Positions 39,527 to 49,236 of a stretch of 64,000 bases of DNA are shown piece by piece. Origin of the DNA: an uncultured Methanosarcinales archaeon (GTDB taxonomy: Archaea > Nanobdellota > Nanobdellia > Woesearchaeales > JAGVZT01). The number at the start of each line of letters is the position of its first letter. The stretch's first letter is position 1. The notes below the pieces were generated by a model that worked only from the letters and a program-made list of their open reading frames with translations, was not told the origin of the DNA and did not search any database. Both the position numbers and the translations under genes were made by a program. The stretch is from the NCBI GenBank assembly GCA_964444505.1, contig CAYUHF010000004.1:28583-92582 (forward strand), read 5' to 3'.

Positions 39527-40252
39527 TCATTTCACCTCTTTGTGGATCTTCTTGATCTCAGGGTTGTTCACACTAACCATTTTCTTGTCATCTGTCTTGA
39601 CATAAGCTGCATCAACCCTGTCCAGGTTGAACTCTTTTCCCAAGAACTTTGTTAGTGCTCCAATTGCAAGCTTCAGCCCGTCTTCTACACTCATTGATTC
39701 TTTGTAATCTGAATGAAGTATTGCTTCAACTTCAGCTTCTCCTTCTCCTATGACAACAGCCTTGTACTGGAAAAATATTCCTGTAGGGTCTGTCTCAAAC
39801 AGTTTTGGACCGTCTTCATCTACACCTGCTATAAGAAGTGAGACTCCAAATGGTCGAAGACCACCTGACTGTGTGCACATCTGTTTTAGATCTGCAATAT
39901 CTTTTACTATAGATGTTGTGTCAACAGGAGTGTCATATGTTACTCTATGCTGCTGTGCTTTTGTCCTTGCTCTTTCTATAAGCACTCTTGCGTCAGAAAG
40001 TATTCCTGAAGCTGTTGCAATGATATGATCATCAATCTGGTGTATTTTTTCTACTCCTTCTGCAACTATCAGCTTGTCTACTATTCTTTTATCTGTAACA
40101 AGAACTACTCCATCCTTACAGACTATTCCTATTGCTGTTGAGCCCTGTTTTACAGTCTTTTTTGCATACTCAACCTGCAATAATCTTCCGTCAGGACTAA
40201 ATAATGTTTTTGCTCTATCATAACCCATTAACTGGTGTGGCATTGGTTTCAT
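39527..40252 (-). CDS. psmA: Proteasome alpha subunit
   Basis: YDRAKTLFSPDGRLLQVEYA N-terminal motif. Confidence 0.9.
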   Translation of the reverse strand: MKPMPHQLMGYDRAKTLFSPDGRLLQVEYAKKTVKQGSTAIGIVCKDGVVLVTDKRIVDKLIVAEGVEKIHQIDDHIIATASGILSDARVLIERARTKAQQHRVTYDTPVDTTSIVKDIADLKQMCTQSGGLRPFGVSLLIAGVDEDGPKLFETDPTGIFFQYKAVVIGEGEAEVEAILHSDYKESMSVEDGLKLAIGALTKFLGKEFNLDRVDAAYVKTDDKKMVSVNNPEIKKIHKEVK

Positions 40253-40253
40253 T

Positions 40254-40607
40254 TTATTTCACCTCACTCAATGCTTTGTTCAATATACCTGAAACATATA
40301 CTGAGCGTAATATTGTATTTTCCAGATTTGTCATAACAAGGGCTGCTTTTAATTTATCAACATAGTTGTGTGCAACTCTTATTACTCCTCTGTTGTTTTT
40401 GGATTCTAGAAACATCAATCCTGCTTTTGAGACATCTATTTCGCCAAAAAGTCTAATCATGGTCTCTCTAATAGCTTCTGTAACATTAGATGCATCACGG
40501 TCAGATATGACCTCAAAGACCAAATAACGTTTTTTTTCCCTCAATGCTGGTATTAATGATTTCATCTTCACCAGAGAAAAAAGTATCCGTCCTTTCCTTT
40601 TTCTCAC
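40254..40607 (-). CDS. RNase P protein component Pop5/Rnp2
   Basis: About 117 aa, KRYLVFEV…, in the first position of the conserved Pop5-psmA-SBDS-rrp4-rrp41-rrp42 superoperon. Confidence 0.6.
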   Translation of the reverse strand: MRKRKGRILFSLVKMKSLIPALREKKRYLVFEVISDRDASNVTEAIRETMIRLFGEIDVSKAGLMFLESKNNRGVIRVAHNYVDKLKAALVMTNLENTILRSVYVSGILNKALSEVK

Positions 40608-40779
40608 TCAGTAATTGGTAAATAAGTTTTCTTTATAAATGTATCGCAGATATATATTTTTTAGTGGTTGATTTGGTGTAGTTTTCGTAAAAGCAGTGTT
40701 TAGTATGTCTGAAGTCTAAGATTTTCTGTCCTATCAATCACAGTACATGCGACTTAAAAAAAGATTAAGCATATAAATA

Positions 40780-41859
40780 ATGCAGATATATCCACAGAAT
40801 ATGGTTAAGCCTGATTACAACAACTGTATTGTTAATGTAGTTAATGCAATTTCTGAATATTTCGACGGTCCTGTTTACCATAAACCTATTGATATTGAAC
40901 TTGACAAGAAGAGGGTTGTTTTTATTATTCTTGACGGACTTGGATATGAGTTTTTAAAGAAAAACAAAGGGTACATTTTTGAGAATTCCAGAAAAATAAG
41001 CACTGTTTTTCCTTCTACTACAGCAACTGCATTAACATCTTTTCTTACAGGGTTAACACCACAGGAGCATGCAGTTACAAGCTGGTTTACTTATCTTAAG
41101 GAGCTCGGGTCAATTGCAAGAATTCTTCTTTTTGAACCAAGGGCAGGAAGCAACCCATTTGATGCAGATATCAAAAAAGTTCTTGATTTAGAACCAATAT
41201 TTCCTGACTCACGATATATCATGCCTGAAAAGAATGTTAATTCTCCATACACCAAGCTTTTAACTGGAAAATCCAGTGGTTATTCAGATCTCAGTGGGTT
41301 TTTTGAAGAGATAAGAAAATCAAAAGAAGAGCTTGTCATTGGCTACTGGCCGCTTATTGATACCTTGAGCCACAACCACGGAACAACTGATAAAAAAGTA
41401 ATACAACACTTCAGAGAGATTGAAAAAGGCATTAAAAAAATGGACAAAAGTGATTTTAACCTTGTTATAACCTCTGATCACGGGCTACTTGATACACCGA
41501 ATATTTTGAGACTAAAAGATTATCCTGTACTAGAGCAAAGCATGGTTATGCCTTTTTGCGGAGAGCCAAGAGTAAGATTCTGTTATGTTAGACCTTTTAT
41601 GACCAAGGAGTTTGAAAGCTGTGCAAAAAGGATTGATAAGTGCGAACTTTTCAGGAGCAAAGAGCTTCTTCACAAGGGTTATTACGGCAAAGGGAAAGTC
41701 AATCCCAAGATGTTTGACAGGATTGGTGATTACACTCTTGTTATGAAAGAGAATTTTATTTTCAAGGATTTGATTCCTAGTGAAGAGAGAAAAGAATATC
41801 CGGCAAACCACGGGGGTTTGAGCAAAGAAGAGATGCATGTTCCCCTTTTTGTTAAGTGA
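40780..41859 (+). CDS. Alkaline-phosphatase-superfamily metalloenzyme (type I phosphodiesterase/nucleotide pyrophosphatase-like)
   Basis: FIILDGLGYE, FPSTTATALTSFLTG (nucleophile Thr), ITSDHG and ANHGG. Confidence 0.55.
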   Translation: MQIYPQNMVKPDYNNCIVNVVNAISEYFDGPVYHKPIDIELDKKRVVFIILDGLGYEFLKKNKGYIFENSRKISTVFPSTTATALTSFLTGLTPQEHAVTSWFTYLKELGSIARILLFEPRAGSNPFDADIKKVLDLEPIFPDSRYIMPEKNVNSPYTKLLTGKSSGYSDLSGFFEEIRKSKEELVIGYWPLIDTLSHNHGTTDKKVIQHFREIEKGIKKMDKSDFNLVITSDHGLLDTPNILRLKDYPVLEQSMVMPFCGEPRVRFCYVRPFMTKEFESCAKRIDKCELFRSKELLHKGYYGKGKVNPKMFDRIGDYTLVMKENFIFKDLIPSEERKEYPANHGGLSKEEMHVPLFVK

Positions 41860-41898
41860 GCAATACTTTTATAAATTAAGATTGACACTCTTCCTTTC

Positions 41899-42300
41899 AT
41901 GAAAAAGTGGCTGATACTCATACTCTTAATCTTGGCTGCATGCACTCAGCCTATTCCTGAAAATAAGACTACTAACTCCACAGGTGACAGACCTCGTGTG
42001 CAGGGAGTTGATGTCAAATACTGCGAGGCTCTTGGATATAAGTATGAATATGTTAAGGTTGATGACAGAAAAAGAGGCTACTGCGTATTTCCAAATGGTG
42101 AGAGGTGTGAATCATTTGATTTTGTCACAGGTAAATGCGGCAGAGAGTTTAGTCTTTGTGAATTAAAAGGTTATACTTTAAAGATTGGTGTTGAACAGCA
42201 CTCTGATGTTAATATTACTTATGCAATCTGCATATTTCCTGACGGCAGTTACTGCAAAGAAGTTGATTTTTTCCACAGAAAGTGTCACATTACCTGGTGA
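41899..42300 (+). CDS. Secreted lipoprotein with two DUF333-like Cys repeats
   Basis: Lipobox-like ILAAC; repeats YCVFPNGERCESFDFVTGKCG and ICIFPDGSYCKEVDFFHRKC. Confidence 0.4.
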   Translation: MKKWLILILLILAACTQPIPENKTTNSTGDRPRVQGVDVKYCEALGYKYEYVKVDDRKRGYCVFPNGERCESFDFVTGKCGREFSLCELKGYTLKIGVEQHSDVNITYAICIFPDGSYCKEVDFFHRKCHITW

Positions 42301-43193
42301 CATGCTTTTATTATGTGTTCTGAAGTAAGACCATATTCTTTTAAGAGTTGTTCGGGTTTTCCTGACTGGCCAAACCTGTCACCTACTCCTACTCTTTTTA
42401 CTGGCACAGGATAGTTTTCTGATAAGACCTCACAAACAGCCCCTCCAAGTCCTCCTATGACATGATGGTCTTCTGCTGTGACAACTGCTCCTGTTTTTTT
42501 TGCTGAGTTAACTATTGTTTCTATGTCTATTGGTTTTATTGTGTGAATATTTACAACCTCTATGTCAAGCTCTGTGTTTTTGGCTGCATCAAGTGCTTTT
42601 GAGACCATCAGGCCTGTTGCAAAAACAGTGACATCAGAGCCCTTTCTTAAGATGTTTGCCTTTCCAACTTCAAAAAAGGATTCAAAATCAGTGAGTTCTG
42701 GAACAGCATTCCTGCTGAACCTGATGTAAACCGGGCCTTTTATTCTCACTGCTTTGTGTACTGCCTTTTTGGTTTCCATGTAGTCACATGGAGAAATCAC
42801 AGTAAAGTTTGGGAGTACTCTTGTGAGTGCAATGTCCTCTATTGCCTGGTGGGTTGCTCCATCCTCACCAATATGCACACCACAATGGCTGGCTCCTATT
42901 TTTACATTGGCGTTTGCATAGGCAATGCTCTGTCTTAACTGGTCATAACACCTGCTTGTTGCAAAAACACCAAAAGTGCTGATAAAGGGAATTTTCCCGC
43001 AAAAGCTAAGTCCTGCTGCAATTCCAGCCATGTTTGCTTCTGCTATCCCCACTTCAAAATATCTTTCTGGAAAAGCTTCATGAAATTTTTTTATTCTCAG
43101 ACTTGGTGACAAGTCAGCACTCAGGACTACCACATTACTGTTTTCACCAACTTCTACAAGTGCATCACCGTATCCATCTCTTGTTTTTTTCAT
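42285..43193 (-). CDS. Transketolase, C-terminal section
   Basis: Pyrimidine-binding and C-terminal domains in a split archaeal gene. Confidence 0.85.
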   Translation of the reverse strand: MKKTRDGYGDALVEVGENSNVVVLSADLSPSLRIKKFHEAFPERYFEVGIAEANMAGIAAGLSFCGKIPFISTFGVFATSRCYDQLRQSIAYANANVKIGASHCGVHIGEDGATHQAIEDIALTRVLPNFTVISPCDYMETKKAVHKAVRIKGPVYIRFSRNAVPELTDFESFFEVGKANILRKGSDVTVFATGLMVSKALDAAKNTELDIEVVNIHTIKPIDIETIVNSAKKTGAVVTAEDHHVIGGLGGAVCEVLSENYPVPVKRVGVGDRFGQSGKPEQLLKEYGLTSEHIIKACHQVM

Positions 43194-43984
43194 AATTCCT
43201 CCAGTGCTTTTTCAAGCTGTTGTTGTGTTGGTGCCTTGCCGTGCCACTCTGCCTTGTCTTCCATAAATGAGACTCCTTTTCCCTTAACTGTATTTGCAAT
43301 TATTACAACTGGTTTTTCTGGTTTGTATTCAAATGCCTCTATGATTTCTTCAATATCATGGCCATTGATTTCAATAACATGCCAGCCAAAAGACTCCCAT
43401 TTTTCTTTTAGCGGGCAGACACACATCACATCATGTGTTGGTCCGCACAGCTGGACTTTATTTCTGTCAATTATTGCGCATAGGTTTTCCAGTTTGTAGT
43501 GGGACGCACACATTGCAGCTTCCCACACCTGTCCTTCCTGAAGCTCGCCATCTCCAATCATGCAGAATATACGGTTGTCTTTTTTGTCCAGTGCAAGTGC
43601 CATTCCAACTGCAATACTCAACCCCTGACCAAGTGAGCCTGTGCTGGCTTCTATTCCTGGAAGATCTTTTTTTGACGGGTGTCCCTGGAGTCTTGAATTT
43701 ATCTGTCTTAAATTGTCAAGTTCCTGGACTGGAAAATAACCTGATCTTGCCAGAGCTGCATATAACACAGGACATGCATGACCCTTTGATAAAACAAACC
43801 TGTCCCTGTCTTCCCATTCTGGGTTCTCTGGCTTGTGGTTCATAACTCTGAAATACAATACTGCCATGATATCTGCAGCACTCAGGCTGCCGCCAGGGTG
43901 ACCACTCTTTGCCAGGGTGATCATCTTTAAAGAATCTATTCTTAACTGCCTTGCTATGCTATAAAGCTCCTGCGTATCTTTCAT
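43190..43984 (-). CDS. Transketolase, N-terminal section (TPP-binding)
   Basis: GHPGGSLS and GDGELQEG motifs. Confidence 0.85.
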   Translation of the reverse strand: MKDTQELYSIARQLRIDSLKMITLAKSGHPGGSLSAADIMAVLYFRVMNHKPENPEWEDRDRFVLSKGHACPVLYAALARSGYFPVQELDNLRQINSRLQGHPSKKDLPGIEASTGSLGQGLSIAVGMALALDKKDNRIFCMIGDGELQEGQVWEAAMCASHYKLENLCAIIDRNKVQLCGPTHDVMCVCPLKEKWESFGWHVIEINGHDIEEIIEAFEYKPEKPVVIIANTVKGKGVSFMEDKAEWHGKAPTQQQLEKALEEL

Positions 43985-45206
43985 GTCTTTCCTCCAGTCT
44001 TAAGAGCTGGTTGTATTTTGCTGTCCTTTCTCCTCTTGCTGGTGCACCTGCTTTGATCATGCCTTTTCCAAGTCCTACAGCAAGGTCAGCAATAAATGGG
44101 TCGCATGTCTCCCCGCTCCTGTGAGAAACCATGACACCCCAGCTGTTTTTTCGTGCAATTCTTGCTGCTTCAAATGCTTCAGTAAGTGTTCCTATCTGGT
44201 TGACCTTGAGCAAAAGACAGTTGCACGCATTGTATCCCAGTGCCTTTCTTATTCTGTCTGGGTTTGTTACAGTGAGGTCGTCTCCCACAATGTTTACGTT
44301 TTTTCCGATGCTTTTTACAAGTTTTGAGAATGACTGAAAGTCTTCTTCATGAAAAGGGTCTTCAATAGAGACCAGCGGATAATCATGGACAAGGTCTTCG
44401 TAAAAACCAACAAGCTGTTCTTCATCTAGTTTGTGGCCGTCAAGATGATATTTTCCTTCTCTGTAGAAATATGAGGCTGCAGCATCTATTGCAAACTTGA
44501 TGTATTTCTGGTTTCCTGTATTTTCGATTGCCTCCATCAAAAGGTCAAAGGCTTCTCTGACAGTTGATACATTTGGGGCAAAACCCCCTTCATCTCCAAG
44601 GCCTGTTGAACCTGGCCCGATTTTCTTGTTGATTACTCTTTTTAATTCGTGATATGTTTCACATGCGAGTCTTAGTGATTTTGAAAATGTTCTTGCAGCT
44701 GGGACAATCATGAACTCCTGAAAAGCAAGCTTGTTATCTGCATGTTCTCCGCCGTTTATTATATTCATGAAAGGAACAGGGAGTAGAAATTTATGGTTGT
44801 GTGCCAGTTCTCCAAGATATTCTTCATAGTACATGTGCTTGCAGTGTGCTGCTGCTCTTGAACAGGCAATGCTGACACCAAGAATTGCATTTGCTCCAAG
44901 GTTGCTCTTGTTCTCTGTGCCGTCAAGCGCAATCATTGTCTTGTCAATCTTTTCCTGGTTAGTTACATCCATACCAACCAGTTTTTCGAATATTTTTGTG
45001 TTGACGTTTCTTACTGCTTTTGTTACACCTTTGCCATCATACTTTGCTGCCTTGTCTCTTAGTTCAAGAGCTTCGTGTTTTCCTGTTGATGCACCGCTCG
45101 GTACCTTGGCGCGGCCTCTCCATACCTGTGTTGCAACATCAACTTCTATTGTCGGGTTGCCTCTTGAATCAAGAATTTGTCTTGCCTTGATATTTTTGAT
45201 TTTCAT
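43959..45206 (-). CDS. eno: Enolase
   Basis: SHRSGETCD and IKLNQIG-like motifs; 415 aa. Confidence 0.9.
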   Translation of the reverse strand: MKIKNIKARQILDSRGNPTIEVDVATQVWRGRAKVPSGASTGKHEALELRDKAAKYDGKGVTKAVRNVNTKIFEKLVGMDVTNQEKIDKTMIALDGTENKSNLGANAILGVSIACSRAAAHCKHMYYEEYLGELAHNHKFLLPVPFMNIINGGEHADNKLAFQEFMIVPAARTFSKSLRLACETYHELKRVINKKIGPGSTGLGDEGGFAPNVSTVREAFDLLMEAIENTGNQKYIKFAIDAAASYFYREGKYHLDGHKLDEEQLVGFYEDLVHDYPLVSIEDPFHEEDFQSFSKLVKSIGKNVNIVGDDLTVTNPDRIRKALGYNACNCLLLKVNQIGTLTEAFEAARIARKNSWGVMVSHRSGETCDPFIADLAVGLGKGMIKAGAPARGERTAKYNQLLRLEERHERYAGAL

Positions 45207-46117
45207 TTGATTATCTCCAGAGTTTCAGAAGCTATTGTGATATTTTTTTCTTTTTCAACTCTTTTTAGAATTGCAGTACTTATCTTGCTTTTAAACTTTC
45301 TCCTGCTGCGGGCGTTTGTGACAAATCTTATATGCAGGTTTATCCAGTTGTCTGTAAGTTCAATGTATATTGTGGGCTCAAGATCTTTTGACATGTAAAA
45401 ATACTTTTCTTTGAGCGTTGACACTCCCTTGTCCACCATTGGATAAAGGTCTTTTGTCTTGTCCTTTACTGTTTTTTTGATGAGCTTTTGTGCTTTTTTC
45501 CAGTCACTGCCATATCTTATGGGAAGCTGTATCTCGTCCCAGATAAACTCGTGATCTTTGGTGTAGTTGTTTACTGGTGATGTCAATACAAAACCATTTG
45601 GTATCATTGTTAGTCTTCCTGTTGGCTGGTCACCAGACACCCACTCCTTGATTTCCATTATTGTTGTGTATAATGGATTTATGTCAATGACATCTCCGTC
45701 TTTTCCCTCAATCTCTATTCTGTCGCCCACACTGTAGAGATTTGAAAAAACAAGGGTAAGCCCGCCTGCAAGATTTTTTATGTAGTCTCTTAGTGCAAAT
45801 GTTGCTGCAGCGCCAATCAGGCCGTAAGAGACAAGAAGTTCTCTCGGGTTTTCAATCCAGATGTGAAGAACAATCATTAAAGAAAAAATTATCTGCAATA
45901 TGCCTATTGCTTTCTGGAATGCGTATCGTGTTTTCATGTTTTTGATTTTTTTGCCTACTACCTTGTCAATCATATCAGCCAGGAAAAATATTGCTGCAAG
46001 GGCAAAAAAGGACATGTAACCTTTTTCTACATAGGTGTGCGGGTAATAGAAGTTAGCTCCCCAGAGAAAAAGTCCCAGGATAACAAACATAATCATAATA
46101 ACTCTGGGTTTGCTCAT
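45203..46117 (-). CDS. Mechanosensitive ion channel (MscS family)
   Basis: Transmembrane helices followed by a beta domain (VGDRIEIEGKDGDVIDI…). Confidence 0.7.
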   Translation of the reverse strand: MSKPRVIMIMFVILGLFLWGANFYYPHTYVEKGYMSFFALAAIFFLADMIDKVVGKKIKNMKTRYAFQKAIGILQIIFSLMIVLHIWIENPRELLVSYGLIGAAATFALRDYIKNLAGGLTLVFSNLYSVGDRIEIEGKDGDVIDINPLYTTIMEIKEWVSGDQPTGRLTMIPNGFVLTSPVNNYTKDHEFIWDEIQLPIRYGSDWKKAQKLIKKTVKDKTKDLYPMVDKGVSTLKEKYFYMSKDLEPTIYIELTDNWINLHIRFVTNARSRRKFKSKISTAILKRVEKEKNITIASETLEIIK

Positions 46118-46138
46118 GTCAACAATTCCTGAATTTAC

Positions 46139-46834
46139 TTATTTAAATATTTTGAATTGCTCTGGAGTAGAAATAAGATCAAAAAGCTGGATCGCTTTTT
46201 TAAAATCTCTGTACCTGAACTGTGGCCAGGGTTTTCCTGAAAAATAAATCAGTGAGTCAGCACTGTCCCACAGCAGAAATCCATTTGTTTTTTTTGGACC
46301 GTTGATTATTATTAGCTCAGGTGCCATATATGACATGTAGATATCTTCTTTTATCATTTCCTTGTCAATTGCATCAGGATCCAGCTTTCCTGCCTGGATT
46401 CTTCTTGCGAGAAGTCTGCATGCATCAACAATCTCCTGCTGTCCGTCATATTTGATACATAGATTGAGGAAGTATTTGTCAAAGTCTTTTGTCTCATCAA
46501 TTAATCTCTTGCATGCATCAACAATTCTTGTCGGGAGATTGTACCATTTTCCAACAACTGAAACCTTGAACTGGTTTTCAACAATGTCTTTGCTCTCTCT
46601 AAGCTCATTTAACAGAATGTGAAGCATCTCCATTGTTTTGGCAACATCTTTTGGGGTTTTGGCATCAAGAAGATACAATGTCATTACAGGTATTTCCAGT
46701 TTTATCTGGCCTCTTATCAGTTCATGGACTATGTCATTTCTTTCCTCAAAGAGTTCCTGGGAGGTCTTTCTTCTTTTCTCAGCCCAGGAAGCTGCATCTT
46801 TTTCAAGTGAGACTGCAATGTGGTTTAGTGTCAT
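46139..46834 (-). CDS. cis-Prenyltransferase (UppS) family paralog with substituted catalytic residues, probably non-catalytic
   Basis: Aligns to UppS throughout (HIAVSLEKDAASWAEKRRK against HVAIIMDGNGRWAKK; NGFLLWDSADSLIYF against SNFLLWQIAYAELYF). The catalytic D26, N28 and R30 equivalents are substituted and the C-terminal RxG motif is absent. Confidence 0.5.
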   Translation of the reverse strand: MTLNHIAVSLEKDAASWAEKRRKTSQELFEERNDIVHELIRGQIKLEIPVMTLYLLDAKTPKDVAKTMEMLHILLNELRESKDIVENQFKVSVVGKWYNLPTRIVDACKRLIDETKDFDKYFLNLCIKYDGQQEIVDACRLLARRIQAGKLDPDAIDKEMIKEDIYMSYMAPELIIINGPKKTNGFLLWDSADSLIYFSGKPWPQFRYRDFKKAIQLFDLISTPEQFKIFK

Positions 46835-46888
46835 TCAAGAGTAATTTAAAAACAAGATTTATAAAGATTATCATTTTCTGCATCAAAT

Positions 46889-47746
46889 ATGCTTGAACAA
46901 TTGGCTTATGCAGTTTCTTTTCTGTCATTAGGTGTTGCATCTTACTGTGACCTTAGGACAAGAGAGGTTCCTGACTGGATAAGTTATGGCACAATTTTTT
47001 TTGGTTTTGGAACAAGGATTCTTTTCAGTCTTTATGCACATTCATGGATGCCTCTTGTTTCCGGACTGCTTGGTTTTCTTGCTTTTCTTGTTATTGGTGT
47101 AGTGATGTATTACACTGGCCAGTGGGGTGGAGGGGACAGCAAGATTGTGATGGGTGTTGGAGCACTTATTGGTCTTAGGCCGTATCTTCATATACCTGAA
47201 TTATTGGTCTTCTGGATGTTTTCGATTTTTGTTGGGGCTTTTTACGGCATGGGTTACAGTATTTATCTTGCTGCAGCAAACAAGAAAAAGTTTTTGTCTG
47301 AGTTTCGGGAAAAAAGGAAAAAACACACAAAAAAGATTATTGCTGCGGTTGTGTTGTCTTTGATTTTTTTTGCAGCATCATTCAGGTTTTCTGATCCTGT
47401 TATGCAGACCACTATGCTGATGTTTCCTTTGGCAACTCTGCTTCTGATTTACATGTGGGTTTTTGTCAAATCAGTTGAGAACTCTGCAATGATCAAATCA
47501 GTTCCTGTTGAAAAATTAACAGAGGGTGACTGGATTGTCGAGGATATTGTTGTTGATGGTGAGTTTATATGGGGCCCTAAGAAACTTGGTATTGAGAAAA
47601 GCAAGATTGAAAAACTCAAAAAACTAAAAGAGAAAGGAAAAATTGAGAGAGTCAAGATTAAAGAAGGGATACCATTTGTTCCGACTTTTTTTGTCTCAAT
47701 AATTCTTACTTATATTTTTGGTTCTATTAACTTTGTGCTTTGGTAG
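46889..47746 (+). CDS. Archaeal type IV prepilin/preflagellin peptidase (A24 family, PibD/FlaK-like)
   Basis: CDLRTREVPD (first catalytic Asp) and GGGDSK (second catalytic Asp), with multiple transmembrane helices. Confidence 0.7.
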   Translation: MLEQLAYAVSFLSLGVASYCDLRTREVPDWISYGTIFFGFGTRILFSLYAHSWMPLVSGLLGFLAFLVIGVVMYYTGQWGGGDSKIVMGVGALIGLRPYLHIPELLVFWMFSIFVGAFYGMGYSIYLAAANKKKFLSEFREKRKKHTKKIIAAVVLSLIFFAASFRFSDPVMQTTMLMFPLATLLLIYMWVFVKSVENSAMIKSVPVEKLTEGDWIVEDIVVDGEFIWGPKKLGIEKSKIEKLKKLKEKGKIERVKIKEGIPFVPTFFVSIILTYIFGSINFVLW

Positions 47747-47822
47747 TTATGCTTTTAATAATTTGAGAAACAGTGCTAGTAATTTCATGTTTAAGAAATA
47801 CTTTTATGTTTTTTATAGGAAT

Positions 47823-47907
47823 CCTTCCATGGCCAGGCAGAGGTTCGGTGTTTTGAGAACTGTAGCAGGGCAATCGTAAAATAAGAGCTTGACCGTCTTT
47901 GCCAGGG
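47823..47907 (+). ncRNA. Structured RNA element, family copy 3 (CCAUGGCCAGGCAGAGG…GACCGUCUUUGCCAGGG). Further hairpins extend to about 47968.
   Basis: Same terminal-helix arrangement as copies 0-2. Downstream stem-loops GUUCAAG-ggaaa-CUUGAAC and GUAAAUUC-guuu-UGAAUUUAC follow, then GGUGGGAUUC, which also follows copy 0. Confidence 0.35.
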
Positions 47908-47994
47908 TGTGTTCAAGGGAAACTTGAACGCCAGTAAATTCGTTTTGAATTTACGTTGGTGGGATTCCTACTAACCTAAGATAGAGAATTATTT

Positions 47995-48771
47995 ATGGTT
48001 AAAAGTTTAGAAAGATATTTAAAGCTTTATAAGAAAGAAATTTGCATGCACAAAGTGTTAAACCTTCTTGACAGGATCAAAAAGTACTTTGCATTTTCGC
48101 CTAAGGAAATCAAGAGCATGGTTATTGCCATTCTTGTGCTTGGGCTGGTTGTTGGTTTTAATGACGGAAGGGATAAATTTATTGCTCCTTTGTGGCTTAT
48201 GAATCTTTTTAACAGTATTGTTGTGGTTGCACTTGCTGTTCTTGTAAGAGAGAGTGCGAGAAGAATATCTGGTCTTAAATTTGCACACAAGGTGGAGATG
48301 AAGCTCTGGCTTGTTGGCCTTGGAATTGCGCTTATTGCTTCGCTTATCAGCAATGGAAAGCTGTGGTTTCTTGCATATGGAGGCATGGTTGTCAGTCTTA
48401 TGCCAAAGCAGAGGATCGGGAGTTTCAGATATGGTATAAGTTATCATGACATGGCTGGCATGGCTTATGCAGCTGTCTTTGCAAACCTGGCTTTAGCAGG
48501 AATTTTTAGAATGCTTAGTTTTCTTCCAAGTCCACTAATTGACCTTTCAATAAAGGTTAATGTTCTTTTTGCAATTTTGAATATGATTCCTATTCCACCG
48601 CTTGACGGGAGTGTTATCTTTTTTGGCTCAAGAGGGGGGTATATTTTTTCACTTGCACTAACTGCTGCTTATTCAGTGCTGATACTTTATACAGGGATTG
48701 TTGTATCTCTTCTGGGTTCCCTGGCGTTTGCAGCTCTGGCAATTGTATTATTTATCATTTATGTAGAATGA
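47995..48771 (+). CDS. Site-2-protease (M50)-like polytopic membrane protein; no HExxH motif is evident
   Basis: NMIPIPPLDGS matches the S2P LDG motif. No clear HExxH was found in the N-terminal helices. Confidence 0.4.
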   Translation: MVKSLERYLKLYKKEICMHKVLNLLDRIKKYFAFSPKEIKSMVIAILVLGLVVGFNDGRDKFIAPLWLMNLFNSIVVVALAVLVRESARRISGLKFAHKVEMKLWLVGLGIALIASLISNGKLWFLAYGGMVVSLMPKQRIGSFRYGISYHDMAGMAYAAVFANLALAGIFRMLSFLPSPLIDLSIKVNVLFAILNMIPIPPLDGSVIFFGSRGGYIFSLALTAAYSVLILYTGIVVSLLGSLAFAALAIVLFIIYVE

Positions 48772-49064
48772 ACATCACAAAGAACTGGGTTGAGTACATG
48801 TTTGGGATACTTCTAGTTTGTGGTCTTTTGATGGCTTATTTTATTTCAAGTGCTTTTTTGAGTTTTGTTATTGTTTTGATTTGCGGTATGATTGCAGGAA
48901 GGATTTTTAGGTCTCAGAGAAGGTTTCCTGTTTTTGTGATTATTAGTGGTTTTATTCTTGGATATATTATGGGTAGCCAGTTTCACAAAGGTCTAACACT
49001 TGTGTTTTTTGTTCTGGGGGTAGTTGGTTATAATTTTTTGAATAAAAGTTTTCTTGAAGAGTGA
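48768..49064 (+). CDS. Small membrane protein, hypothetical
   Basis: Three hydrophobic helices. Confidence 0.35.
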   Translation: MNITKNWVEYMFGILLVCGLLMAYFISSAFLSFVIVLICGMIAGRIFRSQRRFPVFVIISGFILGYIMGSQFHKGLTLVFFVLGVVGYNFLNKSFLEE

Positions 49065-49110
49065 AGTTTTTCGTAAGTTTTATTAATATTTACGTTTTCT
49101 AGTAATAAAG

Positions 49111-49236
49111 ATGCCTAAAAAATGCATTATCTGTGAGGATGAAGCTGAGTATGGTATAAGGGGTACCAGCGACTATTACTGCAAGAAATGCGCTAAAGAG
49201 AACTTTGCTGATCTTGGACTTCTGGAAAAATTATAG
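49111..49236 (+). CDS. Small (41 aa) zinc-ribbon protein
   Basis: Hand-translated ORF: MPKKCIICEDEAEYGIRGTSDYYCKKCAKENFADLGLLEKL, with CxxC…CxxC. Confidence 0.35.
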   Translation: MPKKCIICEDEAEYGIRGTSDYYCKKCAKENFADLGLLEKL

